Under the pieces are notes generated by a model, which had not been told where the DNA came from, made no database searches, and saw only the letters and a list, made by a program, of their open reading frames with translations. Below are positions 1 to 10,110 of a stretch of 64,000 nt of DNA, piece after piece. Origin of the DNA: Bacteroidaceae bacterium (GTDB taxonomy: Bacteria; Bacteroidota; Bacteroidia; Bacteroidales; Bacteroidaceae). Each line of letters starts with the position of its first letter. Position 1 is the first letter of the stretch. The DNA lies in contig JAFYYH010000021.1 of the NCBI GenBank assembly GCA_017557635.1, positions 110,363 to 174,362 on the forward strand, given 5' to 3'. Position numbers and translations under genes: made by a program.

Positions 1-266
1 AATGGTCTTTCATACGTAAGCCCTTCATCAGCCGTAACCTGTGGATAGGGTTTACATCGGCCGTACTCACATGTATCATCATCTGGTACGGACTCAAGAT
101 TGGCCTCAAGTACGAGCCGTGGCTTGTAATGCTGGCCGAACCCAGAATCATCATCCCCGTTTTCGCTGTGGTAATGTTTATCGGACTGCTTATTACAGGC
201 GTCTGCGCCCTGCACTCCGTAAACCGTTTCCTGCGTATGAAATCGGGAGAACTCCATTATGTATAA
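1..266 (+). CDS. ftsX: C-terminal fragment of FtsX-like cell-division permease (5' end outside window)
   Basis: Frame 3 is open from the window edge to TAA at 264-266. The translation ...FIRKPFISRNLWIGFTSAVLTCIIIWYGL...[15 protein letters not shown] is TM-rich like FtsX C-termini. The order ftsX-DUF3098-uppP-truB is typical of Bacteroidales. It is absent from the ORF track because it has no start. Confidence 0.55.
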   Translation, partial: WSFIRKPFISRNLWIGFTSAVLTCIIIWYGLKIGLKYEPWLVMLAEPRIIIPVFAVVMFIGLLITGVCALHSVNRFLRMKSGELHYV

Positions 267-531
267 CCAATCAATCCTTGAATGTATGGACAAGAAAAAA
301 TTCGCATTTACCAAGACCAACTACATTCTGATCGCTATCGGAATGGCAATCATTATCATCGGCCTTCTGCTGATGACCGGTCCCAACTGCACCAACGAAT
401 ACTTTGAACCCGATATCTTCAGCCCCCGCCGTATCAAGGTGGCTCCCATAGTTACCCTCATCGGATTCATCACGATAATAGGAGCAATCGCTTACAAGCC
501 CAAAGCCGATAAGGAGGACAAGGAAGCATGA
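259..531 (+). CDS. small two-TM membrane protein, DUF3098-like
   Basis: 90-aa [31 protein letters not shown] plus a second hydrophobic helix. It lies between ftsX and uppP, and its stop overlaps the uppP ATG (ATGA). An alternative start is ATG 286 (MDKKK). Confidence 0.6.
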   Translation: MYNQSILECMDKKKFAFTKTNYILIAIGMAIIIIGLLLMTGPNCTNEYFEPDIFSPRRIKVAPIVTLIGFITIIGAIAYKPKADKEDKEA

Positions 532-1349
532 ACTGGTTGGAATCACTCTTGCTGGGACTGCTGCAGGGACTGACTGAATATCTTCCTATTAGCAGCAGCG
601 GACACCTGGCCATTGCCTCTTCCCTCTTTGGAATAGACGGTGAGCAGAACATGGCATTCACGGTGCTGGTACACGTGGCTACTGTCCTGAGTACCCTTGT
701 CATCCTGTGGAAGGAGATTGTCTGGATTTTCCGTGACCTGTTCACCAAGCAGTCATGGAGGAGTTACAGCGGGCTGAATGAAGGTACCCGATATGCCATC
801 AACATCATCATTTCTATGATTCCGGTGGGCATTGTAGGCGTTTTCTTCAAAGACAACATTGAGGCCATTTTCGGTTCAGGCACAACAGTTGTAGGCTGCT
901 GCCTGCTTGTTACCGCAGCCCTGCTCACATTCTCCTACTATGCAAAACCGCGCCAGAGGGAGAACATCTCAGGATGGCACGCTTTCATCATAGGAATTGC
1001 ACAGGCCGTTGCAGTACTTCCGGGAATATCTCGCTCCGGATCAACCATTGCGACCGGTATCATGTTAGGAAACAAGAAGGAGCGACTGGCACAGTTCTCA
1101 TTCCTGATGGTGATACCTCCCATACTGGGTGAGGCCCTTCTGGATATGAAAGACCTGATTGAGTCTGCTGGAACGGGTGTAGCTGGAACTGAAACAAGTT
1201 TCGGCGTGCTGGCCATCGGCTTCATAGCAGCATTCCTTTCAGGTTGCGCTGCCTGCAAATGGATGATATCAATTGTGCGCAAAGGCAAACTGATCTGGTT
1301 CGGTGTCTACTGCGCCATTGTAGGACTTATAACCATACTGTTCCTGTAA
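528..1349 (+). CDS. uppP: undecaprenyl-diphosphate phosphatase
   Basis: 273 aa, polytopic. N-terminal [17 protein letters not shown] and GISRSG motifs typical of BacA/UppP. Confidence 0.93.
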   Translation: MNWLESLLLGLLQGLTEYLPISSSGHLAIASSLFGIDGEQNMAFTVLVHVATVLSTLVILWKEIVWIFRDLFTKQSWRSYSGLNEGTRYAINIIISMIPVGIVGVFFKDNIEAIFGSGTTVVGCCLLVTAALLTFSYYAKPRQRENISGWHAFIIGIAQAVAVLPGISRSGSTIATGIMLGNKKERLAQFSFLMVIPPILGEALLDMKDLIESAGTGVAGTETSFGVLAIGFIAAFLSGCAACKWMISIVRKGKLIWFGVYCAIVGLITILFL

Positions 1350-1350
1350 G

Positions 1351-2049
1351 ATGAATTTCCAGGAAGGAGTAATACTCGCGTTCGACAAGCCGTACCGCTG
1401 GACATCATTTGATGTGGTGGGTAAGATCCGATGGCTCATATGCCGCCGTCTTGGAGTAAAGAAACTCAAGGTGGGACATGCAGGCACTCTGGACCCTCTG
1501 GCCACAGGCGTACTGATAGTATGCACAGGCAGGGCAACCAAACGCATTGAGGAACTTCAGTCAGGTACCAAAGAGTACTACGCTACCATACGGTTGGGAG
1601 CGACCACTCCGTCGTACGACCTGGAAAAACCCATTGACGCCACCTACCCCACGCAGCACATCACCCGTGAGATGGTGGAACAGGTACTGGAGCGTTTCAA
1701 GGGAACAATCGAGCAGGTGCCGCCCACATTCTCGGCCTGTAAGGTTGACGGTAAGCGCGCCTACAAGATGGCCCGCAACGGCGACGAGGTGGAACTCAAG
1801 CCCAAGACGCTGGTAATAGATGAGATTGAACTGACCGAGTGCAACCTGCCCGACATAACCATCAGGGTGGTTTGCAGCAAGGGAACATACATAAGGGCAC
1901 TGGCCCGTGACATTGGCGAGGCATTGCAGAGCGGAGGACATCTGATAGCCCTGAGGCGTACCCGTGTAGGTGAGTACAGGGTCGAGGATTGCCTGAACCC
2001 CGAAAAGTTCAGCGAGTGGTTGGATGAACATCCTATTCAAGAACCGTAA
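1351..2049 (+). CDS. truB: tRNA pseudouridine(55) synthase
   Basis: 232 aa with the KVGHAGTLDPLATGVL catalytic-Asp motif. Confidence 0.93.
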   Translation: MNFQEGVILAFDKPYRWTSFDVVGKIRWLICRRLGVKKLKVGHAGTLDPLATGVLIVCTGRATKRIEELQSGTKEYYATIRLGATTPSYDLEKPIDATYPTQHITREMVEQVLERFKGTIEQVPPTFSACKVDGKRAYKMARNGDEVELKPKTLVIDEIELTECNLPDITIRVVCSKGTYIRALARDIGEALQSGGHLIALRRTRVGEYRVEDCLNPEKFSEWLDEHPIQEP

Positions 2050-2060
2050 AAAGGATTGTA

Positions 2061-2762
2061 ATGAACATAGCGATTATTCTGTCAGGAGGAACTGGAACCC
2101 GCATGGGGCTTTCAACACCCAAACAATATGTGGAAGTGAATGACAAACCCATCATTCAATATTGTTTGGATACCATTTTGAATCACAAAACAGTTGATTA
2201 TGCAGTCATTGCCGTAGCCGATGACTGGGTTGATTTTGTTAGGGAATGTGTAGAACGATCAGCATCAGGGAAACCTGTATACTATTCCAAACCTGGTGAA
2301 ACCAGACAGGGTTCAATCATCAACGCTCTGAAAGTGGCAAAGGAGAAGGGAGCAGCACATGAGGACATTGTTCTCATTCATGATGCCGCACGTCCGCTCC
2401 TGACATCACAGTTAATAACAGAGTGTTTCCAGGCCTGTAAAAATGCAGATGCAGTATTGCCCGTCATCCCTGTCAAGGATACCGTCTATATGAGTAAGGA
2501 CGGCCAAATTATTGACTCACTCCTGGAACGCAAAACCCTGTGGAACGGACAGGCCCCCGAAGCTTTCAGGTTCGGCTCATACTATGAAGCCAACATGAAA
2601 CTGACAAGCGATGATCTACTCCGCATAACCGGCAGTACCGAGGTCTCCTACAGAGCCGGACTCAAATGCGTACTCATTCCTGGAGATACAAACAACTTCA
2701 AGATTACAACCCAGGAAGATTTGTCCAACTTTGAATCAATGGTTAAGAATGAAAGCATATAA
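2061..2762 (+). CDS. tarI: IspD/TarI-family cytidylyltransferase, likely D-ribitol-5-phosphate cytidylyltransferase
   Basis: 233 aa with N-terminal IILSGGTGTRMG...PKQY nucleotidyltransferase signature. It overlaps the start of a Zn-dependent dehydrogenase, the classic tarI-tarJ arrangement. Confidence 0.75.
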   Translation: MNIAIILSGGTGTRMGLSTPKQYVEVNDKPIIQYCLDTILNHKTVDYAVIAVADDWVDFVRECVERSASGKPVYYSKPGETRQGSIINALKVAKEKGAAHEDIVLIHDAARPLLTSQLITECFQACKNADAVLPVIPVKDTVYMSKDGQIIDSLLERKTLWNGQAPEAFRFGSYYEANMKLTSDDLLRITGSTEVSYRAGLKCVLIPGDTNNFKITTQEDLSNFESMVKNESI

Positions 2763-3762
2763 TCTACATTCAATAGGCGATCTCCGATACGAGGAAGTAC
2801 CTATGCCGCAATGCGAAAGCGGTTGGGCCATTGTAAAGGTAAAGGCCGCCGGAATATGCAGTTCAGATATCTCCCGCGTTTTTACCAAGGGTACATACCA
2901 CTTTCCTACCATACCCGGTCATGAGTTCTCGGGTATAGTAGAATCCGTTGCCGATGCAGAAAACAGTAAATGGATAGGCAAACATGTGGGAGTTTTCCCG
3001 CTTATTCCATGTCGCAAATGCCGTCCATGTGCCGATAGGCATTATGAGATGTGCGAGCATTATGACTACGTAGGCTCCCGTCGCGACGGCGCTTTTGCCG
3101 AATATGTAGCCGTTCCTGTATGGAATCTGATTGAGATTCCCACCGAAATTCCTTTTGAAGTCACTGCCATGCTCGAGCCATTTTCTGTTGCTCTTCATGC
3201 AATAAAGTTCGGCCAGGTATCGGCCCAGGACAAGGTTGCAATTATAGGCACCGGCATGATCGGAATAGCTGCAGGACTGTGGGCAAAAATGCGCAAGGCC
3301 GGACAGGTTTCCGTTATTGGCCGAAGCGAACAGAAACGCACCATGATTGAGAAGTTCGGACTTGAGTATAAGGTCCAGGACGGTACGGTAGAGAATGAAT
3401 ATGACTTCGTCCTTGAGGCCGTAGGTACGCCCTCCTCAATTGAGACCGCAATCAATGCCACACGCCGCGGAGGCAGGCTGGTACTGATGGGTAATCCCAG
3501 CGGTGATATCATGCTTAACCAGAACGTCTACTGGAAAATACTGCGCAAGCAGCTTATAATTACCGGAACATGGAACTCCTCATATGACGGCACCAATCCG
3601 TCTGATTGGACCGATGTTGTTGAAGCATTGGCTGACAAAAAGATTGACGGGAAGAGTCTCATAACCCACCGTTTCAGCCAGAACAAACTCATGGAAGGGC
3701 TTGAACTGATGAAAAAACATCTGGAGCCTTACTGTAAAGTTATGACTATTTGGAACGAATAA
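2749..3762 (+). CDS. tarJ: zinc-dependent medium-chain dehydrogenase, likely ribulose-5-phosphate reductase
   Basis: GHEFSG catalytic-zinc motif, structural-zinc Cys cluster CRKCRPCADRHYEMC, Rossmann IIGTGMIG. The ORF-track start 2731 is TTG. ATG 2749 (MKAYNL...) is preferred and overlaps tarI by 14 nt. Confidence 0.7.
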   Translation: MKAYNLHSIGDLRYEEVPMPQCESGWAIVKVKAAGICSSDISRVFTKGTYHFPTIPGHEFSGIVESVADAENSKWIGKHVGVFPLIPCRKCRPCADRHYEMCEHYDYVGSRRDGAFAEYVAVPVWNLIEIPTEIPFEVTAMLEPFSVALHAIKFGQVSAQDKVAIIGTGMIGIAAGLWAKMRKAGQVSVIGRSEQKRTMIEKFGLEYKVQDGTVENEYDFVLEAVGTPSSIETAINATRRGGRLVLMGNPSGDIMLNQNVYWKILRKQLIITGTWNSSYDGTNPSDWTDVVEALADKKIDGKSLITHRFSQNKLMEGLELMKKHLEPYCKVMTIWNE

Positions 3763-3781
3763 AACTGTAAAACAAGACAAT

Positions 3782-4462
3782 ATGCAATCACACAAGAAAG
3801 AGATTTCGGCATCGATGATGTGTTCGGACCTCATCAACCTTAAAGAAACTCTGAAAATCTTTGAGGATGAAGGAGTAGAGCACCTGCACATTGATGTGAT
3901 GGATGGAACATTTGTTCCCAACTTTGGACTTGGCGTTGACTACATCCGCAGTCTTCGTGAACTGACTGATATACCCATGGACCTTCATCTTATGATTAAG
4001 GATCCTGAATATAAATTCCAGTGGGTAGGAATAAAAGAGAACGATATCGTTTCCGTTCATTACGAAAGTACCTTCCAGGTTCAGCGTGCATTGGATTTTC
4101 TGGAGCCTTTTGGCTGCAAGAGATTCCTTGCCATCAACCCTGCCACGCCTGTCTATTCACTCGAAGAGGTGCTTGATTACATTGACGGTATTCACCTTCT
4201 GATGGTAAATCCCGGATTTGCCGGTCAGAACATCGTACCCTCCACCATAAAGAAAGCCGAGAAAGTAATGCAACTTCTTAAGGAAAAAAACCATGAAGAC
4301 GTTATCATGGAAGTGGATGGCAATATAACGCTTGAACATGCCGAAGTACTCAGCAAAATAGGAGCCAGCATCTTTGTGGCTGGTACTTCATGCCTTTTTA
4401 CCGGAGATATAAAGGACTATGCAAAGAATCTTGAGAACCTCCGTAAAGCCATCAACCAGTAA
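3782..4462 (+). CDS. rpe: ribulose-phosphate 3-epimerase family protein
   Basis: 226 aa with LHIDVMDGTFVPNFG and MVNPGFAGQ motifs of the RPE TIM-barrel family. Adjacent to tarI-tarJ. Confidence 0.8.
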   Translation: MQSHKKEISASMMCSDLINLKETLKIFEDEGVEHLHIDVMDGTFVPNFGLGVDYIRSLRELTDIPMDLHLMIKDPEYKFQWVGIKENDIVSVHYESTFQVQRALDFLEPFGCKRFLAINPATPVYSLEEVLDYIDGIHLLMVNPGFAGQNIVPSTIKKAEKVMQLLKEKNHEDVIMEVDGNITLEHAEVLSKIGASIFVAGTSCLFTGDIKDYAKNLENLRKAINQ

Positions 4463-4496
4463 AAACAGAAGATTAATAACAACTAAATACTAGGGA

Positions 4497-5615
4497 ATGA
4501 AACTATCACAATTTAAATTCAAACTCCCCGAAGACAGGATTGCACAGTATCCTGTAGAACACCGCGACGAATCAAGACTGATGGTCGTGCACAAGAAATC
4601 CGATGAAATCGAACATGTATTGTTCAAGGACATCCTGAACTATTTCGATGAAAAGGATGTATTTGTATTCAATGACACTCGTGTTTTCCCTGCCCGTATG
4701 TACGGTAACAAGGAGAAGACCGGCGCCTGCATTGAGGTTTTCCTGCTGCGTGAGCTGCGTGAGGAGAACCTGCTTTGGGATGTACAGGTGGATCCCGCCC
4801 GTAAGATCCGTATCGGTAACAAACTCTACTTTGGCGAGGACAACTCAATGGTAGCCGAGGTTATCGACAACACCACTTCACGCGGCCGTGTATTGCGTTT
4901 CCTTTACGACGGCCCGCATGATGAATTCAAGAAAGCCCTCTATGCACTTGGTGAGGCTCCCATTCCTACCTACATGAAGCGTAAAGCCTGCGCTTGGACC
5001 TACGACGAGGAGGGTAAGGTAACCGCCAAACCTATGGCTCAGAAAGAGAACGGCGACTTCTGCGACGAGGACAGTTTCCAGACCATCTTCGCTACAAACG
5101 AAGGTGCTGTAACCGCTCCTACCGCCGGCCTTCACTTCAGCCGTGAGCTGATGAAGCGCATGGAGATCAAGGGCATTGACCGTGCATTCATAACCATGCA
5201 CTGCGGTCTTGGCAACTTCCGCGAGATTGACGTTGAGGACCTGACCAAGCATAAGATGGAATCCGAGGAGATGTATGTGACACAGGAGTGCACAGACATC
5301 GTAAACAACGCTAAGTTAAGCGGCCACAAGATTTGCGCTATCGGTAATACCGTAAACCGCGCTCTTGAGACAGTAGTGGGAACAGATCACCTGATCAAGC
5401 CTTTCGACGGCTGGACCAACAAGTTCATCTTCCCGCCTTACACATTCAGCGTAGCAGACAGCATGGTAAGCAACTTCCAGTTGCCCGAATCCGTACAGCT
5501 CATGCTCACCTGCGCTTATGGCGGCTATGAGAAGGTCATGGCAGCCTACAACCTTGCAGTCAAGGAGGGTTACCGCTTTGGTTGCTACGGTGACGCAATG
5601 CTGATTACAGACTGA
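4497..5615 (+). CDS. queA: S-adenosylmethionine:tRNA ribosyltransferase-isomerase
   Basis: [19 protein letters not shown]...ESRLMVV N-terminus and [12 protein letters not shown] motif. 372 aa, somewhat long (see finding on the insertion). Confidence 0.93.
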   Translation: MKLSQFKFKLPEDRIAQYPVEHRDESRLMVVHKKSDEIEHVLFKDILNYFDEKDVFVFNDTRVFPARMYGNKEKTGACIEVFLLRELREENLLWDVQVDPARKIRIGNKLYFGEDNSMVAEVIDNTTSRGRVLRFLYDGPHDEFKKALYALGEAPIPTYMKRKACAWTYDEEGKVTAKPMAQKENGDFCDEDSFQTIFATNEGAVTAPTAGLHFSRELMKRMEIKGIDRAFITMHCGLGNFREIDVEDLTKHKMESEEMYVTQECTDIVNNAKLSGHKICAIGNTVNRALETVVGTDHLIKPFDGWTNKFIFPPYTFSVADSMVSNFQLPESVQLMLTCAYGGYEKVMAAYNLAVKEGYRFGCYGDAMLITD

Positions 5616-5622
5616 TAGACTG

Positions 5623-6042
5623 ATGGCGACACTGTACCTCTCACTCGGAACCAATCTGGGCGACAGGCAGAAGAATCTCTCTCTTGCCCTGGAACTCATA
5701 GGCCGTGAGGTAGGTACTGTCGTGTCGGCATCGGACATTATTGAAACTGATCCGTGGGGATTTGAGAGTCCCAACCGTTTCCTGAACATGGCGATAAAGG
5801 TGGAGACCACCCTGCAACCCCTTGAGGTATTGCACGCTACACAGGAGATAGAACGTAAGTTGGGACGCAATCATAAAACGGCTGCCGGAGAGTATCATGA
5901 CCGCCTTATCGATATTGACATACTCCTGTATGACAATCTGGTCATGAACACACCCCAGTTGACCATTCCCCACCCGCTCATGTACCAGCGGGAGTTCGTA
6001 ATGAAACCGCTGGCGCAGATAGCACCGGAACTGAAAAAGTAG
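5623..6042 (+). CDS. folK: 2-amino-4-hydroxy-6-hydroxymethyldihydropteridine diphosphokinase
   Basis: 139 aa with LGTNLGDR, DRLIDIDILLY and IPHP motifs of HPPK. Confidence 0.9.
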   Translation: MATLYLSLGTNLGDRQKNLSLALELIGREVGTVVSASDIIETDPWGFESPNRFLNMAIKVETTLQPLEVLHATQEIERKLGRNHKTAAGEYHDRLIDIDILLYDNLVMNTPQLTIPHPLMYQREFVMKPLAQIAPELKK

Positions 6043-6048
6043 TTGACT

Positions 6049-6183
6049 ATGGCAGACAACTATCTGGAGAAACATTATGAGGACTATCTCAAGCGCAAGG
6101 CGGCTTGGGAGAAAAACAAAGGAAGGAGCGGCATTTCAAAGAAAACCACTCCTCCTGTCAAACCGGATGACGAAGCTTTGTGA
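6049..6183 (+). CDS. 44-aa basic small protein of unknown function (below ORF-track cutoff)
   Basis: ATG 6049 to TGA 6181-6183 translates to MADNYLEKHYEDYLKRKAAWEKNKGRSGISKKTTPPVKPDDEAL. It fills the whole folK/WbsX gap, starting 7 nt after the folK stop and ending immediately before the convergent gene's stop. Confidence 0.4.
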   Translation: MADNYLEKHYEDYLKRKAAWEKNKGRSGISKKTTPPVKPDDEAL

Positions 6184-7251
6184 TTATTTGAAAGCTTCGC
6201 CAGTCTTTTCTATATAGGTTTTTCCGAACTTCAGATCAGGCTCAAGATAATTGCCTTCACCCCACTCGTTCCATGCCTTGATGAACACCAGACGTTCATC
6301 GTCGTTCTTGGACTCCTCCAGTTTCCTTACTTCCTTACAGTACTCATACCATCTCTCTGGAGTGCTGTCCACCAGAATTGTTCCTTTAAGACCTGAACGC
6401 GGCGAATGGTCAAAATTGGGAATCATGCATGGAATGTATTCCTTGTGCTCATTGAAGAAGGCAAGCGCCTCTTTTACATACCTTGAATAATCAATGGTGA
6501 CAGGGCAGTTGATACGACCTTTTATACGATTCAGCCAAGTGCCCCTGACCTCCTTTGCCACGGTAGTCATATGCTCATACACAATTGCATCAAAACCCAG
6601 TTCCTGAGTCTTGGGCAGTCTGTGGGCTCCCTGACAGAAACCAAAGAAATAAAAACCGGGCAGTCCGTTCTGGGCAGCCAGTCTTTCCCATGTCTCTTTC
6701 ATCACCGGGAAATCCTTGATATTGTCGGCATCAAAAATTCCGTATATCAGTTTTCCGTCAGCCTTCATGTAACGTTTGTCCTTGAATGCCGGCAGCATGG
6801 CATTGAACTGATCGATGTAATCCTGCTCACCGGGATAAGTCTGTTCTATCAGCAGTTTGTCAGGACTTGACGGATCCCAAGTCTTCTGATACCAGCTGTG
6901 ATTGGCCCAGCAAAGGCAGAACGGATAATCAGGATGACCTGACTCTACCACCTCGGTAAAGACTCTATCCAGCAGTCTGCGGCCTGCAAACCAGTAATGC
7001 CAGTAGCAGAAACCTTCAATACCCGCCTCACGTGCCAAAGCAGCCTGTTGCTCGCGAACTTGGGGTACTCTAAGGTCATAGTAACCCAGGTCTGCAGGAA
7101 CACGCGGCTGGTAATGCCCTTTGAACTGAGGTTTGGCATTACCCACATTGGTCCACTCCGTAAAACCTTTACGCCACCATTCATCATTCTCGGGTGTAGG
7201 ATAGAACTGTGGCAGATAAAAAGCTATCAGACGCGGTTTCTTGTTACTCAT
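6184..7251 (-). CDS. WbsX-family glycosyltransferase-like protein
   Basis: N-terminus RLIAFYLPQFYPTPENDEWWRKGFTEWTNV is the WbsX-family signature. ATG at 7251 is preferred. The ORF-track start 7254 is GTG. Confidence 0.75.
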   Translation of the reverse strand: MSNKKPRLIAFYLPQFYPTPENDEWWRKGFTEWTNVGNAKPQFKGHYQPRVPADLGYYDLRVPQVREQQAALAREAGIEGFCYWHYWFAGRRLLDRVFTEVVESGHPDYPFCLCWANHSWYQKTWDPSSPDKLLIEQTYPGEQDYIDQFNAMLPAFKDKRYMKADGKLIYGIFDADNIKDFPVMKETWERLAAQNGLPGFYFFGFCQGAHRLPKTQELGFDAIVYEHMTTVAKEVRGTWLNRIKGRINCPVTIDYSRYVKEALAFFNEHKEYIPCMIPNFDHSPRSGLKGTILVDSTPERWYEYCKEVRKLEESKNDDERLVFIKAWNEWGEGNYLEPDLKFGKTYIEKTGEAFK

Positions 7252-8411
7252 CACTTGGTCTGTTTTGATTTGACATCGTCGTTATATGCGCTCTCTATTT
7301 GAGACAGGACACCGCTTATATCTGATTCTTTCAGATTATTGATGAGCGCCACCCTGTTGTAGATTCCGTTCCTCTCAAACGCCCCCTTGAACTTGTAACT
7401 ATAAGCAAGACCAAACACAGGCGTGCCAGTAAATATAGCCGCAAAGTTGGCATGCATACGGGTACCGATAAAGAAGTCCATCTGGGAAATCAGGTACTTT
7501 ATCTGAGGAGAAACCAGATTCCTGTCAATAAAGAATACATTCTCTTTTTGGGCCAGTCCGTCATAGAACAGTTTTGAGGCCTCCATGTCATCATTATTGA
7601 CTTCTTTACTCTGGGTATTGTATGAATGAGGTATTATATAGACGTTGCAACCCTTGGATTGGAACATTCTTACAATACCTTCCATGAGTGCCGGATAGCA
7701 GTCAAACTCTCCCGCCAGGTTTCCGAACCTGTTGGAATAGGCCAGACCGCTTACGTTAACTCCCACGCACGGGTGTTTGATTTCAACGTCCACCGGCTCA
7801 GGCTGCATATAATAAGAGAGGTCATTGTCAACCTCATATTGCAAGCCCTTATCCTCCAGCTCTTTCACGAAATTCGTATCCCTGACATATATCTTCTGCG
7901 CCTTGCCCAGTATGGAAAGGATTCTCTCCTTGTTGGCCGGATCCAGAAAAGGTCCGATGGTTTGGGGCATTACTATGAACGGTATACGTGACTCTATGGC
8001 CAGCTTCATCTCAGGCAGTCGTGAATCCAACAGCTTGTTGCCGTAAAGGTCCGTAAGTCCGTCACCTCCGTTGATGGCAGCCACAATCCTTACATTACTG
8101 ATGGTACGGCGGTACAATGTATTGAGGAAATGAAGCCTGAACCTGTAGAGATATCTCTCCAACGCCCATACGGAGAGTTCATGGAGTTTCCATTTCTTTC
8201 CGTTGATATCCAGTTCACTGACTTTCTCCTTTGGAATCTTGCTCCAGGGATAACGGTGAAAACGGATTTTTACTATCTCAAAGCCGTCATCAATATAACC
8301 TTTGCTCTGCAGAAAGGCCAACGCCCCATATCCAAGCGCAGCGGTACCGCGGTTGTTTGAGCGGACATTGAAGTCCGATAAAATCACATATTTCGTCGTT
8401 CCGGCTTTCAT
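7251..8411 (-). CDS. polysaccharide pyruvyl transferase family protein
   Basis: 386 aa. N-terminal NRGTAAL and C-terminal FFIGTRMHANFAAIFTGTP motifs are typical of WcaK/CsaB-type pyruvyl transferases. Start and stop overlap the neighbouring genes. Confidence 0.75.
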   Translation of the reverse strand: MKAGTTKYVILSDFNVRSNNRGTAALGYGALAFLQSKGYIDDGFEIVKIRFHRYPWSKIPKEKVSELDINGKKWKLHELSVWALERYLYRFRLHFLNTLYRRTISNVRIVAAINGGDGLTDLYGNKLLDSRLPEMKLAIESRIPFIVMPQTIGPFLDPANKERILSILGKAQKIYVRDTNFVKELEDKGLQYEVDNDLSYYMQPEPVDVEIKHPCVGVNVSGLAYSNRFGNLAGEFDCYPALMEGIVRMFQSKGCNVYIIPHSYNTQSKEVNNDDMEASKLFYDGLAQKENVFFIDRNLVSPQIKYLISQMDFFIGTRMHANFAAIFTGTPVFGLAYSYKFKGAFERNGIYNRVALINNLKESDISGVLSQIESAYNDDVKSKQTK

Positions 8412-10105
8412 TTCTTTATGGATGATATGCCTCTTTTGACGCGTCCTGCAATCTTCTGAACGACGGAAAGCGGGGTGCTGTTGGCATTTTTGATTGCACA
8501 GTATGCATCAGATTCATTGATATCGGAGGTGATGACCTCTACCAGAATCGGAGCATCCGATTTCTCAACCAGTCTGCCTTTAATATTCCGGAATTCATCG
8601 GCCGTTTTTACGGAATGGTATTCAAATCCATTGGTAACAGCCCAACCCTCAGCACCTTTGAAGTGCCCTGCTGCGGCAATGTAACGGTCAATGTTTCCGT
8701 ATTTTTCCGGTGCTCCTCCCAGTTTGAACTCAATGCCTCCGTTGTTGTTGACCAACACTATGCGGACGTTGTTGCCGATGTAACGTATTCCCAGTGAATT
8801 CATGTCATAGAAGAAAGAGAGGTCACCCACAAACATGAAACACAGGTCATCCACCATCACGCTCTGTCCCAGGAACGTAGACATGCAGCCGTCAATACCG
8901 AATGCACCTACATTGCAGAAGCACTTTACCCTATTCCTGAACTTGAAAAGATTCCAGGTCCTGAGGGAGTTCAATATTGAGAAATTCACGTAAGAGTTCT
9001 CAGGAATAAGTTCACACATCTGCTGTGCCACAAATGCAGCCGACAGCGGCAGATCATTAACCGGCACGTACTTGCCGACAGCCTCTTTCCAGACATTGAA
9101 ATACTCATTCTCCGTCCCCTTAAGGGTGAATGATGAGAAGAAGTCGGAAGCGGAGCACTCGAACACCTTGGTCAGATGGTCATAGGTATCGGCTATATCA
9201 CCGGTTTCCGATATACGCCAGTGCTCATACTCCCTGCCTGTCTCTGCCAGTTTGTGATAGAAAGGATAATCACCTGTCTGTCCGCCTATCGAAATCAGGA
9301 TATCGGGACAGAATGCATCATCAAACTCTTTCTGGGTAAGACAGGTAAGCAGAAGATTTCCATTCACGGTATAGTCATTCTGCATATTCGAAAGGTGGTT
9401 AACGTATATGGCAGTATTGGTGCGTGAAGCGAATTCCACCAGTGCCGAATCATCCATGCCTCTGTTCTCGCCCACAACCACAAGGATACGCCGGTTGTCA
9501 AGTGCGATATCTGAAATATCCTTTTTCTGATATCTCCTGATAACTTTTACATCAGGAAGAGGATCAGATGAATCACGGGTGAGTTCAGTATCCAGCATGG
9601 GTACGTTAAGCTGTACGGGAGCCGGCACGGTATGAGTAAGGTTCAATATGGCCTCGTTGATGAGACGCTCGCAAAGCATACGGTCGTGCTCATCGGAAAC
9701 ATACGGAAGTGAATAAGTTGCCCTGACTGCATCCTTGGGAAGCGATGTCTGGTCAGGTGCCTGCATATACTCCTGATAAGTGTACTGCGGATGCTTGGAG
9801 AAAGTGATAGCCAGAATAGGCACATGCTTATAATAGGCTTCAGTCAGTCCGGGAATATAGTTTCTGGTTGCCTGTGCACTGGTGCAGCAGACAGCCACAG
9901 GCTTTCCGGTGGAAAGATATATTCCTATAGCGAAATAGAGCGCACTCCTTTCATCAACAACCGAGAAGCATTTAAAGAAAGGATCGTCCTGTACGCCCCT
10001 TACAAAAGCGGCATTCGTTCCACCGGGACTCAAAACCAGTTGATTTATGTCATGCTTCTTCAATAAAGCTATTACCAGACGAACGTTCTTTGCTATCGAA
10101 TACAT
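8408..10105 (-). CDS. thiamine-diphosphate-dependent enzyme, MenD-like
   Basis: 565 aa. ThDP-binding motif GDLSFFYDMNSLGIRYIGNNVRIVLVNNNGG resembles the MenD motif GDLS..YD.N......NNNGG. N-terminal pyrimidine-binding region LVLSPGGTNAAF...DERSALYFAIG...AVCCTS. Confidence 0.7.
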   Translation of the reverse strand: MYSIAKNVRLVIALLKKHDINQLVLSPGGTNAAFVRGVQDDPFFKCFSVVDERSALYFAIGIYLSTGKPVAVCCTSAQATRNYIPGLTEAYYKHVPILAITFSKHPQYTYQEYMQAPDQTSLPKDAVRATYSLPYVSDEHDRMLCERLINEAILNLTHTVPAPVQLNVPMLDTELTRDSSDPLPDVKVIRRYQKKDISDIALDNRRILVVVGENRGMDDSALVEFASRTNTAIYVNHLSNMQNDYTVNGNLLLTCLTQKEFDDAFCPDILISIGGQTGDYPFYHKLAETGREYEHWRISETGDIADTYDHLTKVFECSASDFFSSFTLKGTENEYFNVWKEAVGKYVPVNDLPLSAAFVAQQMCELIPENSYVNFSILNSLRTWNLFKFRNRVKCFCNVGAFGIDGCMSTFLGQSVMVDDLCFMFVGDLSFFYDMNSLGIRYIGNNVRIVLVNNNGGIEFKLGGAPEKYGNIDRYIAAAGHFKGAEGWAVTNGFEYHSVKTADEFRNIKGRLVEKSDAPILVEVITSDINESDAYCAIKNANSTPLSVVQKIAGRVKRGISSIKK

Positions 10106-10110
10106 AGTTG

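Noticed and set aside
41-331. 96-aa ORF on the + strand at the window start
   Set aside because: It overlaps, in another frame, the hydrophobic FtsX-like frame that runs to the stop at 264-266 and the DUF3098-like gene. Its translation is Arg/His/Pro-rich with no recognisable features.
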